Assembly (NCBI GenBank): GCA_033762915.1
Contig: JANRLD010000005.1
Span: forward strand, 8,568 to 72,567
From: Meiothermus sp.
GTDB taxonomy: Bacteria > Deinococcota > Deinococci > Deinococcales > Thermaceae
Length of the DNA stretch: 64,000 bases
Reading direction: 5' to 3'
The first letter of the stretch is position 1. Every line of letters starts with the position of its first letter. The notes under the pieces are model-generated. The model saw only the letters and a program-made list of their open reading frames with translations. It was not told where the DNA came from and made no database searches. Shown piece after piece: positions 1 to 10,400 of this stretch. The translations under genes and the position numbers were made by a program.

Positions 1-297
1 TACCTCGAGTACAGCGCTGAAGCCTTTGGCAAGGCCAAGGATCAGAAGCGCGTACTCTTCTTCTCGGCCTCCTGGTGCCCCACTTGCCGTGCCGCCAACG
101 CCGAGTTCACGGCAAAGCTGAAAGAAATCCCCAAGGGCGTGGTGGTCTTCAAGGCCGACTACGACAAGGAGACGGCCCTCAAGCGCCAGTACGGCATCGT
201 CCGGCAGCACACCTTCGTTCTGGTGGACGCCACCGGCAAGGCCCTCAAGACCTGGAGCGGCGGCGCAGTTGCGGAGGTCGCGGCAAACACAAAGTGA
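1..297 (+). CDS. Thioredoxin-family protein, 5'-truncated by the window edge
   Basis: Frame 1 reads YLEYSAEAF...LFFSASWCPTCRAA...YGIVRQHTFVLVD to TGA at 295-297. It has a WCxxC motif and lies directly upstream of ccdA. Not in the supplied ORF track. Confidence 0.85.
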   Translation, partial: YLEYSAEAFGKAKDQKRVLFFSASWCPTCRAANAEFTAKLKEIPKGVVVFKADYDKETALKRQYGIVRQHTFVLVDATGKALKTWSGGAVAEVAANTK

Positions 298-472
298 GGC
301 AAGGGCAGCACTGAACCGGGGAGTGCAGAGGTCTGCCCCGCAGCCCCACGGTTCTCCTGGCGCATCCCCGGCACGCTACGGCGGTACGCATCTCTAGAAT
401 CTCGAGGCCGAAGTCCGCCCGCCGCACCTGCGGGGTCGGTACGGCCGTCAACAGCCTCAGCAGCCACCCATC

Positions 473-1189
473 ATGCTAACAGCCTTCTTCGCCTTCCTCT
501 CCGGCATCGTCACGGTGGCCTCACCGTGCGTGCTGCCGGTGTTGCCCTTTCTGCTCTCGGGCTCGATCGGGGGCAGGCTTCGGCCCTACGGCATCGTCGC
601 GGGGTTCGTCCTTTCCTTCACCCTGCTCACCCTGTTCCTGAGCGCACTCGTGGGGGCGCTGGGGATTCCGGCGGACACCCTACGGATGGTTTCGGTTGTG
701 ATGCTCCTGGGGTTCGGGCTGGTGCTGCTCGTTCCCCAACTGCACAGGCTATACGAGGGCACCGCCAGCCGCAGCCTGGGCGGCCTCAAGCAGGTTCAGG
801 GTGACGGGTTCTGGGGCGGCGCGCTGGTGGGCCTTACCCTGGGAGTGTTGTGGTCGCCCTGCGTGGGGCCGATCATGGCCGGTGTGATCTCGCTGGCCCT
901 GAGCGGTAACCTGACGGGCCAGGCGGCCTTCACCACCCTGGCGTTCTCGCTGGGAACCGCCATCCCCATGCTGGCGGTGATGCTGGGCGGGCGCAAGCTC
1001 CTGGGCCGCGTCCCCTGGCTGATGAACAACCTCGGGCGCGTCCAGCGCGGCTTCGGGGTGGTGATGGTGCTGTTCGCGGTAGGGTTCTTTTTCGGCGCAG
1101 ACCGCGCTGTTCAGACCTGGGTGCTCGACACCTTCCCGCAGTACGAGGCGTTTCTGACCAGGCTTGAGGGGGCGGCCCCGCGCCAGTAG
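473..1189 (+). CDS. ccdA: Cytochrome c biogenesis / thiol-disulfide transporter CcdA
   Basis: SPCVLP and WSPCVGP motifs, about 6 TM segments. Confidence 0.9.
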   Translation: MLTAFFAFLSGIVTVASPCVLPVLPFLLSGSIGGRLRPYGIVAGFVLSFTLLTLFLSALVGALGIPADTLRMVSVVMLLGFGLVLLVPQLHRLYEGTASRSLGGLKQVQGDGFWGGALVGLTLGVLWSPCVGPIMAGVISLALSGNLTGQAAFTTLAFSLGTAIPMLAVMLGGRKLLGRVPWLMNNLGRVQRGFGVVMVLFAVGFFFGADRAVQTWVLDTFPQYEAFLTRLEGAAPRQ

Positions 1190-1307
1190 CGCGAGGAAAG
1201 AGAAACCCTGATGCGGCTGCCTTCTCCCTCCTTGATCCTCCTCCGACACCCGAACCTTTAACTCTGCCCTCTTCCATCTTGCATCGCTCTCCCGTAGGCT
1301 AAGACCC

Positions 1308-1625
1308 ATGAAGGTCTTGAATGGCCTGGCCTTCCTGATCACCCTGGCGGTGGCGGTGGCGGCTTGGTTTTTGTACACCTTTGAGCCGGGGCTTCTGCTG
1401 GGCACGCCCTGGGGCTCGCTGCACGTGGCCTTCTTGATCGCGGCCTCGTTTTTGCTGGGGGCTGCCGTGGTGGGGGTTTATGTGCTGACCGGCTGGGTCG
1501 GCTACCAGTCCACCCTGCGCCGCCGGGGCCGCGAACTCCGCAAAACCCAAAGCGAGCTCGAGACCCTCCGCAACCAGCCCGCGCCGCAGCCCGAAGTCAA
1601 GGTGACGGTAACGCCCGATCCCTAG
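1308..1625 (+). CDS. Small membrane protein, LapA-like (two hydrophobic segments plus coiled-coil tail)
   Basis: Two hydrophobic stretches followed by RRRGRELRKTQSELETLR; GC-rich codon usage. Confidence 0.6.
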   Translation: MKVLNGLAFLITLAVAVAAWFLYTFEPGLLLGTPWGSLHVAFLIAASFLLGAAVVGVYVLTGWVGYQSTLRRRGRELRKTQSELETLRNQPAPQPEVKVTVTPDP

Positions 1626-1759
1626 TCGGGCGGCCAACAGCGGACACACGCAACGGCCACGGATTTATTCCTGAGGTTTCCACCGAACCACACCCGCTAA
1701 GTGTCTCCATGGTTGAAATGCGAACTATCGCCTACCAGATCCCGCAGGGAATTGCGCCT

Positions 1760-1841
1760 CGGGTAGCCGCCCTGCGGCTATGGCGCACGCCACTCCGCCC
1801 CGGGTAGCCGCTCTGCGGCTATGGCGCACGCCACTCCGCCC
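1760..1841. repeat. Tandem 41-bp direct repeat (2 copies), each with a TAGCCGC-nnn-GCGGCTA hairpin
   Basis: 1760-1800 and 1801-1841 differ at one base, in the hairpin loop. Confidence 0.9.
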
Positions 1842-1947
1842 CGGCACATATTTACCGTATCCGCCAATACCGTACTTCTACCCTGGCGCCACTTAGACTC
1901 TGCCTGATCCTCATTCGCCCCTGTCCGTCCGCTGTTCGCCGCCTGCC

Positions 1948-3936
1948 ATGATCTGGACTTTCCGCCCCTGGCCGCACGTCGCCGAACTCCGCCCGCTGGT
2001 GGAGGGGCTGGGGGTATCGCCGCTGGCGGCCTCGGTGATTTGGAACCGGGGGTTCAGGACGGCGGCGGACCTAGAGCCGCCCCTGGAACTGCTCCCCCTC
2101 GAGCAGCTCAAGACCGCCGCGCTGCGGGTGGTTGAGGCGTTGGAGCGGCGGGAGCGGATTCGGATTCACGGCGACTACGACGCTGACGGCCTGACCGGGA
2201 CGGCGGTGCTGCTGAACGGTCTGGGCAGGCTGGGGGCCGACATCCACGCTTTCATCCCGCACCGGCTGGGCGAGGGCTACGGCGTGCTAATGGAACGGGT
2301 GGCCGAGCATGTCGCGGGCTGCGACCTGTTCATCACCGTGGACTGCGGGATCTCCAACCATGCCGAGATTGGCGCGCTCCGGGCGGGCGGGGTCACGGTG
2401 ATTGTGACCGATCACCACAGCCCCGGCGCGGTGCTTCCCGACGCCACGCTGGTCCACCCGATGCTCTCGCCGAGGCTCGAGGGCCTTCCCCACCCGACCG
2501 GCGCGGGTGTGGCGTTTCTGCTGTTGTGGCAGGTCTACGAGCTGCTGGGCAAAGACCCGCCGCTGGAATTCGCCGACCTTGCCGCCATCGGCACTGTGGC
2601 GGATGTCGCGCCGCTGCAGGGCTTCAACCGGGCCCTGGTGAAGGAGGGGCTGCGGCGGCTGCGCAACTCTGCGCACGTGGGTCTGGCGGCGCTGGCCGCC
2701 GAGCATTGCAAGGACTTCACCTCCACCGAGATCGCCTTCCGCGTCGCGCCGCGCATCAACGCCTCCTCGAGGCTGGGCCAGGCCGAGGTGGCGCTGCGCT
2801 TGTTGACCAGCCGGGACTTGCTCGAGGTGCGTCCCATCGCCGAGCACCTCTCGCAACTCAACGCCCAGCGCCAGCGCATCGAGGAGGCCATGATCGAGCG
2901 CGTCCTCCCCACTGTGGATGTCTCCAAGCCGGCCCTGGTAGTTCACGACGCCGACGGGCACCCCGGCGTGATGGGTATCGTGGCCAGCCGCCTCTTGGAG
3001 CGCTTCTACAAGCCGGTCTACATCATCGCCGACGGCAAGGGCTCGGTGCGCTCGACCCCTGGCATCAGCGCAGTGGGGGGTCTGCGCTTCGCCGCCGATC
3101 ACCTCAAGCGCTACGGCGGCCACGCAGCTGCGGCGGGCTTCGCCATCAGCGACTCGGAGATTCCCGCCTTCACCCAGGCCATCTACACTTACGCTGCGCA
3201 GTTTCCTGTGCCCGTGCCGCAAATCACCCTCGATGGCTGGCTGGACGGCGAGGACCTGGCCGACCTCCAGCAAGCCTTGGAGCTGCTGCAGCCGGTGGGG
3301 GAGGGCAACCCCGAGCCGATGTTCTATGCCCAGGGCAAGCCGGAGTTCGTCCGCACCCTCTCCGAGGGCAAGCACCTCAGCTTCCGCATGAACGGAACCA
3401 AGGTGATCAAGTGGCGCGACAACGGCGAGAACCTGCCCCAACGCATCGACCTAGCGGCGGGTCTGGTGATCAACGAGTGGAATGGCGAGCGCACCGTCGA
3501 GTTGCGCGGCTCGGTTTACCGCGCGCTCTCCGACGAGCTGAGCGCGAGCTGGCTCGAGCCCGCCCCCTTCGCCCCCACTGTTAAGTGGGCGCAGGAGGTT
3601 CGCCCCAGGGTCTACGTAGCCCCCGAGGCCGCTGGGTGGTTTGTCAGCCGGGGCATCGAGGTCGTCGCGCCCGAAGAAGCCGAGGTCTGGTTCTCGCTGC
3701 CGCCGCTGCCGGCCATGCACCGGGGCGTGAAGGTGGCGCTCTCCGACAAGGCCCTGGGGGCGCTCGAGGCCCACCCCGACCGCCTCTCGCAGGGCTTTGG
3801 CCGCCGCATCGCCGCCGCCTACCGCAAGGGGCAGGGCCGGCTGATGCAGGAGGCGCTCGAGCGCTGGTGGGAGGCGCAGGGCGGGCAGTCGAGCGGGGGG
3901 GCGGGGGAGAAGAGGGGCCAGGAAAACCTCGCCTAG
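1948..3936 (+). CDS. recJ: ssDNA-specific exonuclease RecJ with Thermus-type C-terminal extension
   Basis: GDYDADG, TVDCG, TDHH, GTVADV, APRINA and GGHAAAAG motifs. Confidence 0.95.
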   Translation: MIWTFRPWPHVAELRPLVEGLGVSPLAASVIWNRGFRTAADLEPPLELLPLEQLKTAALRVVEALERRERIRIHGDYDADGLTGTAVLLNGLGRLGADIHAFIPHRLGEGYGVLMERVAEHVAGCDLFITVDCGISNHAEIGALRAGGVTVIVTDHHSPGAVLPDATLVHPMLSPRLEGLPHPTGAGVAFLLLWQVYELLGKDPPLEFADLAAIGTVADVAPLQGFNRALVKEGLRRLRNSAHVGLAALAAEHCKDFTSTEIAFRVAPRINASSRLGQAEVALRLLTSRDLLEVRPIAEHLSQLNAQRQRIEEAMIERVLPTVDVSKPALVVHDADGHPGVMGIVASRLLERFYKPVYIIADGKGSVRSTPGISAVGGLRFAADHLKRYGGHAAAAGFAISDSEIPAFTQAIYTYAAQFPVPVPQITLDGWLDGEDLADLQQALELLQPVGEGNPEPMFYAQGKPEFVRTLSEGKHLSFRMNGTKVIKWRDNGENLPQRIDLAAGLVINEWNGERTVELRGSVYRALSDELSASWLEPAPFAPTVKWAQEVRPRVYVAPEAAGWFVSRGIEVVAPEEAEVWFSLPPLPAMHRGVKVALSDKALGALEAHPDRLSQGFGRRIAAAYRKGQGRLMQEALERWWEAQGGQSSGGAGEKRGQENLA

Positions 3937-4154
3937 AGCGGTTCCCACGCATACTCCCTACTGCGCTAAAGCGGGCGGTTTTTGCTGAAGAGCGGTTGCC
4001 GCGAACACTCGGTACGGCGGTTTTTGCCGTACCGAGTGCCATACTCCGCTTTAGCGCACGCTTTAGCGCAGCACCGTGGGCGGAGTAGTGGTGGGAAACG
4101 CGATAGGGAGTACATTCCCTGACGCCTCGAGGGAGGTAATGCTGGGAAACGCGA
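3936..4154 (-). mobile_element. MITE-like element with a second family member nested inside it (3990-4103)
   Basis: Outer ends GAGCGGTTCCCA and TGGGAAACGCGA; inner copy GAGCGGTTGCC...GTGGGAAACGCGA. Matches the copies at 15711, 51102 and 61818. Confidence 0.75.
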
Positions 4155-4460
4155 TAGCGCCTCGCCAGCCCTGCTGTTTTGCGCTCCGCAAGGCAATCTG
4201 CCGACCCGGTAGGGGGTCACTGTGTACGGGAAACTGCGGTCTACGGAGGCCGGCTCGAGCCTGTGCTTCGCATGGTCATGGCCCCTTTGGCTCGGGTCTC
4301 CCTGTCCGCTCTGCTCACCTCCGTCACCCCCTACCCGCTCTCGCCGCTTTCCGCCTTCCTGTACTCAGGCCAACATTTCCTGTAATGGCGATAAAATTAC
4401 CAAGACTGGCAGGGAAAAACTCCTAGATTACACTCAGAGTGTTCGGGTACACTGTGTAAC

Positions 4461-7400
4461 GTGCGGTTTTTGCGCTGGGTCCCCCTGTTTCTGCTGCTTT
4501 TGCTGGTGGGGCTCCCGGCCTTCCCGCCGTTGATCGATTTTGCTCTGAGAAAAGGCCTCGAGGCTGCGGGCTTCAAGGGCGAGTGGAGGACTGCGGGCGG
4601 CTATCTGCTGGCTGGGGTGGAGCTGCGCGGCGCAAAACTCGAGGGCGCCGGGCTCTCGCTCGAGGCCGAGCGGGTGCGGGTGGGCTACAACCTGATCCGG
4701 CTCTTCTGGCGCGAGCTGCCGCTGCGGATTCAGGCCGCCGACGGCGTGGTCAGGCTCAAGTGGGATACCGTCATCCCCACCCAGCCCGCTGCGCCGCCCA
4801 GCGGCCCGGCCCCGTTTGAATTGCGCATCGACGAGCTGGCCCTGCAAGACGTCCGTGCAGAGCTGGGCGAGTCGCGCAATTTTTTCCTGCCCACCATCCG
4901 CGCCACGGTGCGCGGCACCGGGCCGTACAACGTGACCGCCCAACTGCCCGAGGGTAGGCTCGAGGGCACCGTCGAGCGCACCGGGAGGCAGTTCGAGGCC
5001 TGGAAGATTCAGGCCAAGGGCGACGTGCGGGCGGCGCGGTACTGGTTTCAGGGCATCGAGGGCGGGCAGCTGGCAGGCACCTGGACGATTGACTCCGAGG
5101 GCATCCGCGGCGAGAACCAGATCAGGGGCGGGGTGGTCACGCTGCCCGGCCCTGTCCCCATCCGCGAGGTCTACGGCCCCGTCAGCTTCGACGGCAACCT
5201 GGTTACGGCCAATCTGGTCGGGCGGGTCTTCGGCGGTACCGCCAAGGGCGCGGGGACGGTGGACATCCGGGCCCAGGAATACCGCTTTCGGGTCGAGGGC
5301 AACGCCACCCTGGGGGCGCTGGCCAAGAACTGGAACCTCAACCTGCCCATCGAGGGCGGCGGGCCGGTGGTGGTGGAGGGCAGGGGCTGGCAGAACCTGA
5401 CCCTGAGCGGGCGCTACAGCGGCCAGGGTGAGCTGCTGGGCGAGCCGCTGAGCTACGAGGGCACCTTGGGCTTCGACAAAATATTCAAGCTCGATACCCT
5501 GGTCGACGGTGGCCTGTTCGACCGCACCTTCAACGCCAGCGTGGCGGTGCGGAACACCCGCTACACGGTGGGCCTGCTGGACTCGCTGGGCAGCCGCCTG
5601 CGCCTCAGCGGCGAGGCCGCCGATACCACCGGGAGTGGAACGCTGACCTTGCCGAGGCCCCTCGAGGGCCAGGCTCGAGTGGCCTTCAGCAGTCGGGGGC
5701 CGCGGTGGGAGGCCCAGATCAACTCGGAGAATGTCGAACTCCCCGCTGCACTGCCCTTCAGCCTCACGGGGGCCCTGCGCGGCGACGGAGCGTCGGTATC
5801 GGGGCGGCTGGGCGCGGTTGATCTGTCGGGGCGTTGGGACGACCTACAGCTGCGCCTGAGCGGCCTTCCAATGGTGGTGGGGCAGGCCAGCGGGCAGGCC
5901 ACGCTGAAGAACGGGCGCTTCGCGGGTGATTTCGCCTACGACTCGCCCTACGCCAATTTTCCCGTCGCAGTGCGGCAGGACGGCCCAGTCTGGCGCCTGA
6001 ATAACCGCTGGGCGCAGGGGAGGTTTGAGCAAGGCATCTTCACCCTGGATGTGGCCGAGCTGCCCCTGCAGGTGGTGGAGCCTATGCGCCTCTCCGGCAG
6101 GGTCCGCTATGAGGAGGGAAAACTCAGCGGCGGCTGGGACCTGCAGGGCCAGCAGTTCGTCAGCGCCAGGGGGGAACTCTACGACCTGGCCTCGAGGTTC
6201 ACCGGTACCCTCAAAACGCCCCTGGGCAACCTGCCGTTGGGCGGCACGGTAGACTCCGCAGACCCCACAGTGCTGCGCAGCAGGCTCTCCACCTTGGACA
6301 TCACCTACCGGGCCGCCGAGGGGCTGCGAATTCGGGGGCCGCTCGAGTTGGGCTTTATCCAGGGCCGCTCGGACCTGACCCTCAAGGACACCCGGTGGTC
6401 GGGCCAGGCGACGGCGGAAACCCCCTGGCTGCAGGCCCGCCTCGAGGGACGCGGCAGCCAGCTCTACGCCACCAGCACCGGCTATGCGCTGATGTCCGGC
6501 CCGGTCTACCCCAAGACCCGCCTGAAGGGCCGGCTCAACCTGCCGCTCTCCGGCGCGGTGGAGGTCGAGGCGGTGCCGCTGGAGCTGACCTTGCGCGGCG
6601 TCTCTTGGCCTACTGGCCGGGCGCAGTTTGTGGGCGGGTTGCCCTTCGAGGGGAGTCTGCCGGTGCGGATTCTTGGTCAGGCCGGGCGCCTGAGCGCCAA
6701 GGGCAACCTCGAGCGGGCCACCCTGCGCCTGACCTCACCGCTGGCCAGCCTCAGCGCCGAGGGCCCGCTGCGCGACCTCCCCATCACCGGAACCCTGAAC
6801 TATGCGGGCTACGCCGGAACCTTCCGGGGCCGGGCCGACCTGTTCCGGGCCGCCTACCAGGGGCAGCTCGAGGTACCGGGGCTCGAGGGCGCGGCCAGCT
6901 TCCAGGGCCGCGCCGCCGACCTGACCTACACGGGCGAGTTCCAGCAGGGCCGGTTGCGGGCCAGCGGGCGCTACCGCTACGTTGCCGGCGACCCGCTGGC
7001 GGGGCTGCAACTGCGCCTCGAGGCCGACCGCTACGACACCACCCGCTGGGGCCTGCCTGCGGTGCTCAGCGGCGTCTGGTCGCAGCGGGGCGGGCGCTTG
7101 CAACTGAAGACCAAGCCGGGTGCCCCCCTCCAGGTTTCGGCCAGCCTCCAGGGCAGTGCGCTTTTGGAGGCCAGGGCGCTCGAGGTGGTCAGCGACTACG
7201 TGACGCTGCGTGGCTCGGCCAGCCTGCAAAACATCAACCTGCGCGGCGAGCTCGAGGTGCCCTACCTGTCGGGCGACCTCAGCGTGCTGGGGTCGCCACA
7301 GCGGCTGCAGCTGAGCGCCAGGGGGCGCTACCAGCTGCCCTACCTGGCCCCCGCGGCTTGGCGCTTCAACGCCGATGTGAACAGCCAGCGCTGGGAACTG

Positions 7401-10400
7401 ACCGGCCCGCTGGCCCTGAACGGACGCGGCCTACGCTACAGCGGAGTGGTCTCCTGGCCCTACAGCCTGCAAGGCCGCGAAGGCATCCTGACCGGAAGCC
7501 TGCAGGGGGAAAGCCTGAACCTTGGCGGCAACCTGCGCACCACGTATGGCGGGCTGCCGCTCAGCGCGGCGGTCATAGCTCGAGGTGCCGATCTGGCCAA
7601 GCTCGAAGCCACCTTGCGCCTGCCCGAGGGTCAGATCCGGATCGCGGGCAAGCAGGCCAGACTCGACCTCGAGACCCGCGAGATTGCCAAACTTTTTGGC
7701 GCGGACGTGCGGGGCCGGGTGCGCGGCGAACTCGACCTCAGCCAGCTGCCCGACCTGCAAGCCCTGATCGAGCAGGGCGGCCAGGGGCGGCTGGAGGGTG
7801 CACTGCTGGTCTCGGGGCAGGAGGTCGAGCTGAGCTACCGGGATCGGGTGCTCGAGGCCGTGCTGCCGGCTTACCAGGTGGGCCTGAAGGCCGACCTGGG
7901 GCGCGAGGTGCGGCTGACCGGGCTGAAAAATCTAGACGGAGTGCTGATGGTGGGCCGGGGTTTGAGTGGGAGCATGGCCTACAAGGCGGGCGGTCTCGAG
8001 CTACAGACCCGCTGGGCCGGAACCCCGCAACGCCCGTCGGTGCAGGTGGCGGGGCAGACCGCCGCAGGCAAACTGCAAGGCTCGCTGAACTATGTCTTGG
8101 CGGAGGCCAGAGGCGTAGGCGGGGTGCGCCTCGAGAGCCCCTACGCCAGCGCCACCCTGACCCTAAACACCAATGGGACGCGGTATCAGGCCACGGGCAG
8201 CCTCGAGAGCCTGCAGTACCTGAAGCAGCGCGGCGAGGTGCGCCTCGGCGGCGAGGGCACGGCCTGGAACCTGGCCTGGAGCGCGCCGATGCGCCTGGAG
8301 GCCAGGGGGCGTGGGGCCGAGCTGGAGCGGGTCGGACTGAGCGGGCGGGGGCTGCTCGAGGTGGCGGGGCGCGGCTTCGACCTTGCGGGCGAGTTGGACG
8401 TAGTGGGCGATCAGTTTGCCGGTCGGATGAGCGCCAGGGGGGAGCAGGTGGCGCTCGAGCTGCGCGGCCAGGATTCGCTGCTGAACGTCGGGGGCACGGC
8501 CTTCGACGCCGAGGTGGCGGCCACGCTCAGCCGGGCCGGACGGCTGGGCGGGAGCCTGCGCTACAGCCGCGATCTGGCGGCCAACCGCCTGCGTCTGGTC
8601 GCCAACCTGAGCGGCACCCTGCTGCGCCCCGAACTCGAGGGTACCGGCGTCGTGCAGGGCGATGGTGCGGTGATTAACCTGCGCTACGGCTTCAAGGAAC
8701 AGCTCTACGCCAGGGCCAGCGGCGAGGGGATTCGGGCGGAATTGCAGGGGAGCGTACTCGAGCTAAACCTCGACGCCGACCTGAAGCCCTTCGTCGGCCA
8801 AGCCTTGCGCCTGAAAACCGCAGGCAAGGGCGAGTGGGCCGGCCTGAGCCTTCCGCTCCAACTCACGGGCGTGGTCGCCGGTCAGCCTGTCGAGGCCAGC
8901 GGGGAGGCCGCCCCGGCCAGGCTCGAGGCCAGCCTGCGCGGTACGGTGGAGCGGCAGGGTTTTAGCGCCGTCTACCGCCAGGGCTTAACGGTGGACCTGC
9001 TGGGGGGCTATGCTACCGGGCAGGTCCGGCTGAAGAACTCCCTCGAAAGCCTCGAGGGCCTGGTCAATCTAGACCTCCCTCTAGGCTCCTACGGCCGCTT
9101 GGTCGGCCAGGCCGATCTGGCCAAGGGCACCGTCGCCCTGCAGGGTCAGGAGGGGATCGGCGGAAGTCTGGCCGGGCAACTGCGCGAGGGCTGGGCCCAG
9201 CCGACCAAGTGGAACCTGCAATCCGACCTTAGCGCGGAGTTCCCGGGGCTGTCCGAGCCGCCGCGCCTGGCCGGGGCCTTCGAGCTAGACGCCGCGCCGC
9301 TGGCGGTGCGGGGGAGCGGTCGGCTCGAGCTGGCCCCCTACGGTACCCTCCAGCTCAACGCAGTGGGCGGCGCGGTGGAGGCGCGGGGCCAGGGGGAGCT
9401 GCGCCCGCTGCTGGCAAGAGTCCAGCTCGCGCCGACCCAGGCCACCTGGAGTTTCAGAGGAGAGCTGCCGCGCGGCCTGGGCAGACTGGACGCGCGGGGG
9501 GCCTACCCCGGCACCTGGATCACCGGGCGCTACGAGAACCTGGGCAAGGCGTTTGGGCTCGAGGGCCGGGAAACCCGCCTAAGCGTGGTGGGGGAGGGGG
9601 TGCAGGCCGTCCTGACCCCGCAGGAGTTGCAGGCCAGCTTGCGCGGGTTCACCTATGGCGGGGTCGAGCTTACCGGCAGCGTGGCGGGGGCCTGGTCGGC
9701 CCTCGCGGCGAACCTTAACTGGGCCGCCTTCGAGCGAAAAGGGCAGCTCGAAGCCACCTACACCGAGGGGAACCTGCGCGGCAGGCTGGATGGGGCGGTC
9801 AAGGGCAGCTTGGGCTGGTCGTCGGCTCAGGTCTGGTCGGGCAGCCTGCGGATTCCCGAGTTCGAGACCGACCTCGCGCTCTCGGGGCAGGGCACGATTC
9901 CCAAGGTGCGGCTGCAGAACCAATATGCCAGCGGAACCCTCACCTACGCGGGAGGCCGCCCTGAGGGGGTGCTAAACCTGGACTTTCCGGTTGCCTCCAT
10001 CGGGCGCCTGTTCGGTCAGGCCGACCTGACCAGGGGCAGCGTGCGCTTGCAGGGCCGGGAGGGCCTGAGCGGAACCCTGAACGCCCAACTGCGCGAGGGG
10101 TGGGCGCAGCCGACCCGCTGGAGTCTCGAGACCACCTTGATGCTTCGGCAGACCGGCTTGGACGAGCCCGCTCGACTGAGCGGGAAGATCGAGCTGGACG
10201 CCTCGCCGCTGGCGGTGCGGGGCGACGCCCGCCTCGAGCTGGCCCAGTACGGCGCACTGGGGCTGAGGGGGGGCGGCGGCAGCGTGGCCGTGGGCGGCTT
10301 GGGGGAGCTGCGCCCGCTGAGCGCCCAGGTTCGCCTGTCGCCGCTGCAGGTCGGTTGGACGTACAGCGGCCCGCTGCCGCGCAACCTGGGCGAGCTGGTG

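Noticed and set aside
1760..1841. Possible mini-CRISPR array
   Set aside because: The two units are directly adjacent and nearly identical with no unique spacers, and there are no cas genes in the window.
6395..8677. 760-aa alternative-frame ORF in tamB, and other long overlapping or antisense ORFs (20466-22064, 25808-27643, 58192-59943)
   Set aside because: Arg/Pro/Gly-rich or antisense shadows of real genes, expected in high-GC DNA; no recognisable motifs.
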